Source: an uncultured archaeon
Lineage (GTDB): Archaea; Asgardarchaeota; Jordiarchaeia; Jordiarchaeales; Jordiarchaeaceae
Length of the DNA: 18,251 bases
Assembly (NCBI GenBank): GCA_964510585.1
Contig: CAZECW010000122.1
Span: forward strand, 1-18,251
Direction of reading: 5' to 3'
Shown one piece after another: positions 1 through 7,243 of the stretch; within the stretch, counting starts at the first letter, position 1; every line of letters starts with the position of its first letter. Position numbers and translations under genes: made by a program. The notes under the pieces were generated by a model. That model was not told where the DNA came from and ran no database searches. It was given only the letters and a program-made list of their open reading frames with translations.

Positions 1-575
1 CCTCTGGTAATAAACCTATTAATTTGTTCAGTTATTACCTCCTCCCAAATTTCTCTAACCGACTCCGAATCCATTGAGGCCTTTGCTTCACTTTTCTCAA
101 ATACCTTAACTGCCTTCATGGGGTGAACGTATGGCAGCAAGTAGAATCTCGCCTTCTCACCCCTCTTTGATTGCAGTTCTACATATTCTGGTTTATCAGA
201 TGCGGTGTTTATGAAGGTTTTCGCTCCCTCTGTAAATATTTCTGCTATGGTTGAGAAGAGATCTACAGGAGAGCTTCGCGCCTCATGCCTCGGCAGGTCA
301 TGGTTACCCGCTATCATAACTATTTGAATCCCATTGTCTATTAGTGGTTTGAGTACTTTTGCGAATCTTTTCATCATGGTTGTGGTAGGGTTGGAACTGT
401 GAAAAACATCACCGCAAATCACGAAGAAATCAGCATTATTGCAAACCGCGTACTTCACAACTTGCGAGAGATAGTTTTCACAGAGCAGTGTTATCTCGGG
501 AAGGGATTCCCTAGCATCAATCTTAGAGTGCCGATTTATACCATAATGAACATCCGCCAGGTGAATTATCCTCAT
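1..575 (-). CDS. mre11: Mre11/SbcD-family DNA repair metallo-nuclease, 3'-truncated by the window edge (191 codons visible)
   Basis: Not in the ORF track; manual translation from ATG at 575 gives MRIIHLADVHYG...ICGDVFH...IAGNHD...YLLPY, i.e. phosphoesterase motifs DxH, GDxF and GNHD. Preceded by GAGGAG, 22 nt after the herA stop. No stop before position 1. Confidence 0.93.
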   Translation of the reverse strand, partial: MRIIHLADVHYGINRHSKIDARESLPEITLLCENYLSQVVKYAVCNNADFFVICGDVFHSSNPTTTMMKRFAKVLKPLIDNGIQIVMIAGNHDLPRHEARSSPVDLFSTIAEIFTEGAKTFINTASDKPEYVELQSKRGEKARFYLLPYVHPMKAVKVFEKSEAKASMDSESVREIWEEVITEQINRFITR

Positions 576-580
576 AACCA

Positions 581-587
581 CTCCTCT
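581..587 (-). promoter_or_regulatory. Shine-Dalgarno site of mre11
   Basis: Minus strand reads AGAGGAG-tggtt-ATG (5-nt spacer). Confidence 0.75.
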
Positions 588-597
588 AAACAGAATT

Positions 598-2844
598 TTA
601 TGGCTCCGCAAAGCGTGCCTCTTCCCTATCTAAATCCTCCTCACTTTTTTCACTTGCTAGAACTGATGTTTTTAAATCTTCAAAAAATGTGACCTTTACT
701 GGAAATGGAGTGTCTATCACAATGTTGCTCATCACAGCTTCCCCAGTGTCTCCATGTTGAATGTAGAACTCGTATGGAGTAAAGTCAGTGGGCACCTTTC
801 TCAAAACTTCCTGTCTATCAGTTTCCTGAGGTACCTGAAGAACAGACACGAATCCCGCAGCTTGACTCACAACGAAGGGCTCAACTCCCCGCAGCGACTG
901 GAAAATGTAAAGGTACCCCATACGGTATTTCCGAGCACCGGTAGCCATCTCTGAGAGCCTCTTTATTTCAGGCTCCCCCATCCAAACAAATGATTCCGTC
1001 ATCTCCTCATTAATAAAGTAGAAAAGAGGATAAGAAGAGAATCCCGCCTTATCACTTATGAAAGCCTTCTCTCTCCAGGATTTCACCTGCTCAATAATCA
1101 GTGTTTCAAGCAAGGATCTTTCTTCCTTCTCAAATCTTGAACAATTAATTATTATCCAGTCACCATTATACTGGGCTCTCATAAGCTCATCATAGAGGCT
1201 TCCCTCAACACTCACAGGTTTAAACTGCACCTCTTCCTCATCCCATTCCGCCTGAATAACGTTGCGCAGCGATTTGGCAGACTTCATGGACCTTAAAGCA
1301 GCCTTTATCGTCTCTTTATGATGCGGTGTCCCCTCCAGGAGAGCCTTTGCATTATTTTCGTCGGCTTTAATAAACCAATTAATAGCTTGGAGAGTAACTG
1401 TGTTCAGTTTTTCTTTGCCTGACTCGTCCCTGGGAACTTTAATTTCTTCCCCGGTAACTTCGTTAACCCTCCCCTCTTTGTACAAGGCTCTAAGGAGGTC
1501 CCTTATGACAAATTCAGCCTGTTGAGAACCGGTAATTTTTGTGAAAACCCAGAAGGGAATCCGTTCCACTGGAATCCGGTACTTCTGCTCCTCAAATGGA
1601 TCAACAATTAGCAATCCATTTCCCCCCTCGGTTTTAAAGAGGGGCACTAGTTCTTTGAAGTCCTGGAAGTATTCCCCATGTTTGTCAAGGACCACGCCTC
1701 CCATTCTAAGATGTCTGCCGCGACCACGATTATGCATCAAAGCCCTCAGTAAAAGTACCTCCGCAGTGTTTGTTTTACCCCTCCCACTGAGAGCAATCAT
1801 AGCACCGTTACAGTTCTCCCCCGGCTTGAGTAAAATCCTATAAGGAAAACTTGAGCCATCAGCGTTCATAACTCCTGGAATAACCCCTATCTCCAAAGGA
1901 ATAACGTCACTATCCCTAAATTTGAAGATGGGCTCAATATCTGAGCCGCGAACCATACGAACGGGAGAACCCAGAGTTACCTCCTGCCCAGTTATTACCT
2001 TCTTCCTCCTCTTACCCTTCTCTTCAACCTCAACAATGGTCTTAGATATTCGAGCTTTAAACTCCCATTCTGTTCTCTCAACGATGACCCCGATGTGGGT
2101 GTATCCCTCATAGTCGTCCACAGCCACTAGTGGAGTACTCTTGGTATTTAAAGGCTGAGTGCATAGCACAGTAAATGCATCATTCTCGAAAGAAATCACC
2201 ACCCCCAATTCGTAACGTTTACCCAGAAGCCTGCGCATAATAGACTCCAACTGAAGAGGCGCAACCTCCGTCAACCTAGAACAGTTCACAATAGCACGTG
2301 CCAAATTGTCGGGAACAAAACCATCGATCTCGCTAAAGTATTCCACAAGCAGCCTCGCAATGTTTGCGAAATTGGTCTTACTCTCCCCTATAAGTGAAGT
2401 GAGAGTAGTTAACCAGTCAAAATTATTCACATCAACGAAAGCCTTAAGCTGCTCCTCAGTAGCAGTGTAAACAACAGAATCCAGCCGAAGCAAATCCCGG
2501 GGCTCACTAGGAATAAAACCATTGCTCCACTCACCGATACGCATACCAAAAAAGTAGCGTTCCGAAGTCCTCTCAAGCATACCCTCAAAAAACGCCTTAT
2601 TAAGCGTCGTAACCTTATCACCAAAATCAATAAGAATATTACTTAGTGCAGTAGTGGAAATCTGCTCCTCACTAAAAATAACACCTAGAGAAATTTTACC
2701 GTCCTCAACAATTTGAACAACCTGAGGCAAGCTACGAGTAACCTGCCCACCAACATCAGTCACAGAATAGTAGCTACCAATAAAGAAGTGAAGCCCCACA
2801 GTAGACTTCACAGTTCCAACCGGAGCATTAAACACCACACCCAT
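598..2844 (-). CDS. herA: HerA-family (FtsK/HerA) ATPase/helicase with an extra N-terminal HAS-barrel-like module, 748 aa
   Basis: Walker A ALSGRGKT (aa 351-358), VLDKHGEY motif, Walker B FINEE (aa 610-614), arginine-finger ARKY, IFQ and VVSQ motifs, HAS barrel aa ~208-308. Lies between nurA and mre11. Confidence 0.9.
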   Translation of the reverse strand: MGVVFNAPVGTVKSTVGLHFFIGSYYSVTDVGGQVTRSLPQVVQIVEDGKISLGVIFSEEQISTTALSNILIDFGDKVTTLNKAFFEGMLERTSERYFFGMRIGEWSNGFIPSEPRDLLRLDSVVYTATEEQLKAFVDVNNFDWLTTLTSLIGESKTNFANIARLLVEYFSEIDGFVPDNLARAIVNCSRLTEVAPLQLESIMRRLLGKRYELGVVISFENDAFTVLCTQPLNTKSTPLVAVDDYEGYTHIGVIVERTEWEFKARISKTIVEVEEKGKRRKKVITGQEVTLGSPVRMVRGSDIEPIFKFRDSDVIPLEIGVIPGVMNADGSSFPYRILLKPGENCNGAMIALSGRGKTNTAEVLLLRALMHNRGRGRHLRMGGVVLDKHGEYFQDFKELVPLFKTEGGNGLLIVDPFEEQKYRIPVERIPFWVFTKITGSQQAEFVIRDLLRALYKEGRVNEVTGEEIKVPRDESGKEKLNTVTLQAINWFIKADENNAKALLEGTPHHKETIKAALRSMKSAKSLRNVIQAEWDEEEVQFKPVSVEGSLYDELMRAQYNGDWIIINCSRFEKEERSLLETLIIEQVKSWREKAFISDKAGFSSYPLFYFINEEMTESFVWMGEPEIKRLSEMATGARKYRMGYLYIFQSLRGVEPFVVSQAAGFVSVLQVPQETDRQEVLRKVPTDFTPYEFYIQHGDTGEAVMSNIVIDTPFPVKVTFFEDLKTSVLASEKSEEDLDREEARFAEP

Positions 2845-2860
2845 AACCTTACACCTTACC

Positions 2861-4210
2861 TTAAAACAATCTCTTAGTAAGAATTTTCAGAGAATCCTTA
2901 AAACCAAACTCCAAAGCAATCATCCTAATCAACTCAGCAATCCCAGTATTAATAGTGCAAAGTCTATGCGAAATAGCTAAAACCGCAGGATAATAAGTCG
3001 GCATAATAGTAGACTGCACCAAATAGTGCAAGTAAGCCTCCTCAGGCTGAGCATAAACATACTCAACCCTAGCCCAATCAACAAGATAACCCACATAAAA
3101 AAACTCAATCTGAGTATCAGGATACCACCTACCAAGAGTATCATCATACGGCCTAACTCTCTTATTTATCTCAAAAGCCACAGTACGCTCCTCAACATTC
3201 CCAACTAAACCCTCAACCACCTGAAAATCAATAGTACGATACTCGTGAGAAAGATGCCGAGAAACAATCTCATTAATAACCCTACTTGGCTCAGGAACCC
3301 CACTTGAACGAGCCAAATCAACAGCCAAATCCATATTATCCTCAATCCAGTCCACAACAGTCTCCGCCACCTCATTCGCAGGATTCAAGTAATAACTATA
3401 AGTATGATCCAACAAATTCATAATAGTATCAATAATATCATGAGACTTACTAGAAACCACCACACCAATCAAAGGAGTGTCAAAACGCTTACAACAATCA
3501 AACAGTCTCCTCTGAGCCTCAATCAAACGAGTATAATGAGAACCACGAAAATCCCGAAAATACATGCTGGAAATTGGGCGATCAAAGAATGCTACAGTCC
3601 GTCCCCTCATCGGCTTTAAATGCTTCAGCTCACAATTCTCCTTATGAATGGGGCAACCAAACTGCTCAGACCTACAGTTAAGAGGCTCCCCATGCAACCG
3701 GTGAAGCATACAACGCAGCCCCTGTGTCTCCGCCTCAAACATGTCAACATCCAGAGCCCCCTCAACATTAAGTTTACTGGAAAATCCGCCGTGAAACTTA
3801 ACTGGATTATCTCCCGGTACGTGAACTACGCCCTTAAACCTCACGACACCTCCCTGAGACATGATAAACTTGGAGCCGTCACCGCCCACATACAGTGTAG
3901 GATTGTCTTTACAGTGGGACAAAACCCACTTCGACCTCTCACTCAAGTCAGCAACTGGTTTCTCAGGGTTAAAGTAGGGTGGCTTGCGTGTGGGAGAGGA
4001 AATATCCTCCCGCAAGAGGGCCTTGGAACTGGGCCTATAGTTTTTGAAGGCGTGTGGGAAAATTCTGCGGAGAAGTTCCCCTATTTTTAGTAGTTTCTGG
4101 TTCTGCTTTCTTTCCTCTTCCAAGGACTTTATGATGGAGATTATTTCCTCTTTTAGGAGAGTTGAGACTTTGGTCACCCCCCACTTTTGGGGATAATATA
4201 TTTTTACCAT
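2861..4210 (-). CDS. nurA: NurA-family 5'-3' nuclease (RNase H-like fold), 449 aa; true start may be GTG at 4177
   Basis: YVGGDGS (first catalytic Asp, D111), MFEAE, FFD (second Asp, D210), RVE, YPAVLAISH and C-terminal KR motifs. Ends 16 nt upstream of herA. Confidence 0.85.
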   Translation of the reverse strand: MVKIYYPQKWGVTKVSTLLKEEIISIIKSLEEERKQNQKLLKIGELLRRIFPHAFKNYRPSSKALLREDISSPTRKPPYFNPEKPVADLSERSKWVLSHCKDNPTLYVGGDGSKFIMSQGGVVRFKGVVHVPGDNPVKFHGGFSSKLNVEGALDVDMFEAETQGLRCMLHRLHGEPLNCRSEQFGCPIHKENCELKHLKPMRGRTVAFFDRPISSMYFRDFRGSHYTRLIEAQRRLFDCCKRFDTPLIGVVVSSKSHDIIDTIMNLLDHTYSYYLNPANEVAETVVDWIEDNMDLAVDLARSSGVPEPSRVINEIVSRHLSHEYRTIDFQVVEGLVGNVEERTVAFEINKRVRPYDDTLGRWYPDTQIEFFYVGYLVDWARVEYVYAQPEEAYLHYLVQSTIMPTYYPAVLAISHRLCTINTGIAELIRMIALEFGFKDSLKILTKRLF

Positions 4211-4215
4211 TAAAC

Positions 4216-4224
4216 TTATATAAA
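4216..4224. promoter_or_regulatory. TATA box in the divergent nurA / regulator promoter (possibly bidirectional)
   Basis: TTATATAAA on + and TTTATATAA on - in the short gap between the divergent genes. Confidence 0.6.
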
Positions 4225-4245
4225 TGTTACGCTAAATATTACACA

Positions 4246-4264
4246 GTTACATAAAAATTGTAAC
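4246..4264. promoter_or_regulatory. Candidate operator: inverted repeat GTTACA-N7-TGTAAC
   Basis: Perfect 6-bp arms at 4246-4251 and 4259-4264. Related half-sites GTTACG (4226-4231) and ATTACA (4238-4243). Confidence 0.55.
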
Positions 4265-4286
4265 CATTTTAGGTTTGGCGAAACCA

Positions 4287-4964
4287 ATGAAAACCATAGT
4301 AGACTGGCTAGTATTACCAGTAAACCCAGACACATCAATAAGAGACCACTTCATAAGCAACGAGTATTTCCCCGCACACCATTGGCTAATAATATACAAT
4401 CCAAAAGATCCTAAAAACAGTAGCGCCTGCCAGCAAATCCGAGAAATCCTGGAAACCGCAAGAATATCAAAATATGAAACCCTAGAAGCCAACCCCGAAA
4501 ACTACTACGACGTACTATTCAGCTTCGACCAGTGGCTCCAAGAAAAAAAACTTGAACAAAACACAACCATCGCAGTAAACGGAGCCACAAACGCCATACC
4601 TGCCATAAACGCAGTAAGAGACACACTCTCAAGAAGGCAATACAACGGATTCATATTCTCATTCAAAAAAAAGGACGGCATAATCTACGGAGAACCACAA
4701 ATAACCCCACTAAACACCAACACACTAACAGAAGACCACTTCAAAATAATAAAAACACTCCTAAAACTAAACGGAAAAGCCCAAAGCCAAAAAGAACTAC
4801 TAGAACACCTCACACAAACCGACGAAAAATACAGCAAATACAAAAACGACCTAAACACCGGAAAAAGAGTACTATCCTACTACCTAAGACAACTAAAAAA
4901 ACTAAACATCATAAAAATAGAACACGAAAAAAACGAAAGACAAACAACAATAACACTAACATAA
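4287..4964 (+). CDS. CARF-like (Csa3/DUF6293-like) Rossmann domain plus C-terminal winged-helix transcriptional regulator; ATG 4287 preferred over TTG 4275
   Basis: N-terminal hhLPV...R, NPENYYDV and IAVNGAT segments resemble DUF6293/Csa3-type sensor domains. C-terminal SQKELLEHL...VLSYYLRQLKKLNII...TITLT has wHTH form. Confidence 0.65.
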   Translation: MKTIVDWLVLPVNPDTSIRDHFISNEYFPAHHWLIIYNPKDPKNSSACQQIREILETARISKYETLEANPENYYDVLFSFDQWLQEKKLEQNTTIAVNGATNAIPAINAVRDTLSRRQYNGFIFSFKKKDGIIYGEPQITPLNTNTLTEDHFKIIKTLLKLNGKAQSQKELLEHLTQTDEKYSKYKNDLNTGKRVLSYYLRQLKKLNIIKIEHEKNERQTTITLT

Positions 4965-5164
4965 CAAAAATCAACCAAACAACAAAAATAGTTAGCATTC
5001 ATTCCCCCATAAAACAAAATTTGGTTGAAGGAGGGACAAATCATAGATTATTCAACAGTAAGTAAAAGCCAACTGTTAATTAACTTCAAATTTTGGAAAC
5101 CTATCTTCTTTTTTTAAAAAATTATAGCAATAAACTATTTATATGTTTAGTTTACGGTTTTTTG

Positions 5165-5335
5165 TGGTTTTGAAAAAATTGCAAAACAAAAAAAGTTAAA
5201 AACGTGCAAAAAATATTTTTTGAGCGTACACCAAGTAGACCACACAGAAAAATATTCTTAAAAACCCTCAATCTATTTTTGGTTTTTTTGAAAAAAATTA
5301 GTAAAGCGCAAAACAATAAAACCTAGTTAAAAAAC
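5165..5335 (+). repeat. Two degenerate AT-rich direct repeats (5165-5203 and 5280-5335) with a 16-bp palindrome between them (5207-5222)
   Basis: Both copies contain TGGTTTT(T)nGAAAAAA(A)TT, GCAAAACAA and AGTTAAAAA(A)C in the same order. CAAAAAATATTTTTTG is a perfect palindrome. Low complexity weakens the case. Confidence 0.4.
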
Positions 5336-5472
5336 TTGATTTCACTTTTAACTCATCAGTAATCTCTACATCCTTTTCTGTCAGTGGTATCTCAAAGCTT
5401 TTGCCTGATGTGATTAAAATAAGTGTTGGTGTTCCGTTCAAAAAACCTCAACATCCTTTCATTTTTTTATTT

Positions 5473-5490
5473 AATCTAACTGATGCAATA
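5473..5490 (+). repeat. 18-bp direct repeat, copy 1 (AATCTAACTGATGCAATA)
   Basis: 17/18 identical to 7226-7243. Confidence 0.75.
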
Positions 5491-5653
5491 GCTGTAAGAA
5501 ATGAAAGATTTAGGGAAAAAGAGGTAGAAATAGGGATAGAATGTGACAAAGCAACCTGTCCATATTAGCTTATTATTTTTATTTTTATGTTTTAGCTTTT
5601 TTCCTACTTCTTTTTGGCTTTCTTTTTTTTAACCCAACTATTTGTTTATCCTA

Positions 5654-7132
5654 CTATAAGCGGAATTTTCCAGGGCTTAGTATTCTATTAGGGTCAAGGG
5701 CATTCTTTACGGATTTTAGAAATTCAAAGTAGGTGCCTGTGAGTGTTCCTGTATCGATTAGTGCACGGCTCATTATTTCTCCAGGATTTATTGGCATCAC
5801 ACCCTCCTTGAGCATGAACTGGACTTGGCTTTCCCACAATCTTCTATTCAGCTCTCTGAGCTCTGGCCTATCCCAAACTAATAGACCAGCATCTACTACA
5901 GCTGTAGTGTGAGAACAGAGGAATGCATTTGAAACTCCTGTTATGGCTCTAGCCTTAGCAAGTTCCTCTCCATATGCCTCTCCCCACTCGTCCACTTTTT
6001 TAAAAATGTACGGGAATCGGTGAATAGGAATGTGGAAGTCGACACTACATGGAACGGATCCTGGACCGAGGCCACCCCATAGACCGTGCCAATTCAGCCA
6101 GTGACCCTGTTCCTCATAGTGCCATTTTGCATAGTTTCCATCCTTAATTTCTGGGCCCAGTTCTTCTCCACCATACTTCTTAATTGTTTTATCCAAAATT
6201 TTCACATTCACCTCTAATTCTTCCGGCGTCTCAGCCTCCATCGTATACCAAAAGATGGCCCTATCTATACCCTTCCAAGGTTTAAAAATTATGGTCTCTG
6301 CTAATCCTCCTGTCATTCCCAGCACCATTAGTTGTGGGAGATAAAAAGAATCGTATATTCCAAGCTCCCCTCTTTTCCTCCAATCCAACCAGATTTTGGT
6401 CGTGTTTTCGGTTGAGGGTTCCTCCAGTGTAAAAGTTTTACATTCATGATATTCTGGCTTTGGATAAATCTTGAGAGTGGCCTTGGTTTTTATTCCCATT
6501 ATTCCAGCATCACCTAGGAATAAACCTGTAAGATCCGGCCCGAACCCAAATCTACAGAATGGTTCCTTTGTATATAAGCCAGCATTAGATCCCGTGTAAA
6601 TTATGTTTCCATTTGGGAGTACAACTTCCAGAGCCACACACTGTTCGTTGCAAGTACCATATTTTGCCGCTCCGCCACCACCCATAGAGTTGTTTGATAG
6701 TCCACCTCCAATGGTGGCAGACATTCCACTTCCTGGACCAAGGTTCCCAGTGTAGTATCCCATTTCACTGAGTTTCATATTCAACTGAGCCCAAGTTATA
6801 CCTGTTTCTACTGTAACCGTGAGGGTATTTTCGTTTATATCTAGAATTTTATTCATTCTAAGCATGTCCAGGACTATTCCACCACTCTCAATGGGTTTTG
6901 AGCCACCTACTAAATCGCAGCCACCACCGCGTGGAACTATGGGAATCTTATACCTATTAGCAACTTGCACTACTTCAGCCACTTCCTCCGTGTTTCCCGG
7001 CTTTACCACAAATTCTGGCAACCTCTCAAGCGCCCCATCAACAACTCTAGAGTAGGAGTAAAGGACAAAATCCTCATCCGAAACATATTCGGAACCCACA
7101 GCATCCACTAAAGCCCTAAACACTTTACTCAT
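5654..7132 (-). CDS. FAD-linked oxidoreductase, FAD-binding PCMH / GlcD-alkylglycerone-phosphate-synthase-like superfamily, 492 aa
   Basis: PRGGG, ATIGG, LEVVLPNG, GPDLTGLFLGDAG.MGI and C-terminal LDPNRILSPGK motifs. Confidence 0.9.
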   Translation of the reverse strand: MSKVFRALVDAVGSEYVSDEDFVLYSYSRVVDGALERLPEFVVKPGNTEEVAEVVQVANRYKIPIVPRGGGCDLVGGSKPIESGGIVLDMLRMNKILDINENTLTVTVETGITWAQLNMKLSEMGYYTGNLGPGSGMSATIGGGLSNNSMGGGGAAKYGTCNEQCVALEVVLPNGNIIYTGSNAGLYTKEPFCRFGFGPDLTGLFLGDAGIMGIKTKATLKIYPKPEYHECKTFTLEEPSTENTTKIWLDWRKRGELGIYDSFYLPQLMVLGMTGGLAETIIFKPWKGIDRAIFWYTMEAETPEELEVNVKILDKTIKKYGGEELGPEIKDGNYAKWHYEEQGHWLNWHGLWGGLGPGSVPCSVDFHIPIHRFPYIFKKVDEWGEAYGEELAKARAITGVSNAFLCSHTTAVVDAGLLVWDRPELRELNRRLWESQVQFMLKEGVMPINPGEIMSRALIDTGTLTGTYFEFLKSVKNALDPNRILSPGKFRL

Positions 7133-7225
7133 TCAATATCATCTCACTATTTTAAAGAAAATTAATGAGTTGCACGTTTATAGCCTATTCATAGGTATAA
7201 CTTGTATTCCTCACTTTGTCATTTA

Positions 7226-7243
7226 AATCTAACCGATGCAATA
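7226..7243 (+). repeat. 18-bp direct repeat, copy 2 (AATCTAACCGATGCAATA)
   Basis: 17/18 identical to 5473-5490; the copies bracket the oxidase gene. Confidence 0.75.

Noticed and set aside
2224-2844. Intein as explanation for the long HerA
   Set aside because: The extra sequence is N-terminal, with no Cys/Ser start plus His-Asn end and no LAGLIDADG motifs.
399-4090. Plus-strand ORFs 399-692, 754-954, 1541-1843, 1922-2113, 3026-3208, 3404-3619, 3620-4090 and minus-strand 2427-2630
   Set aside because: Shadow frames overlapping mre11, herA or nurA, with no motifs. The skewed composition suppresses stop codons and lengthens such frames.
5298-5441. 47-codon minus-strand ORF (LNGTPTLILITSGKSFEIP...)
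   Set aside because: TTG start with only a 3-nt RBS spacer, no recognisable family, and a 3' end running into low-complexity repeats. Mentioned only as context for the 18-bp repeat.
4965-5653. CRISPR array expected near a CARF-like gene
   Set aside because: No regularly spaced 24-47 bp repeats and no cas genes anywhere in the window.
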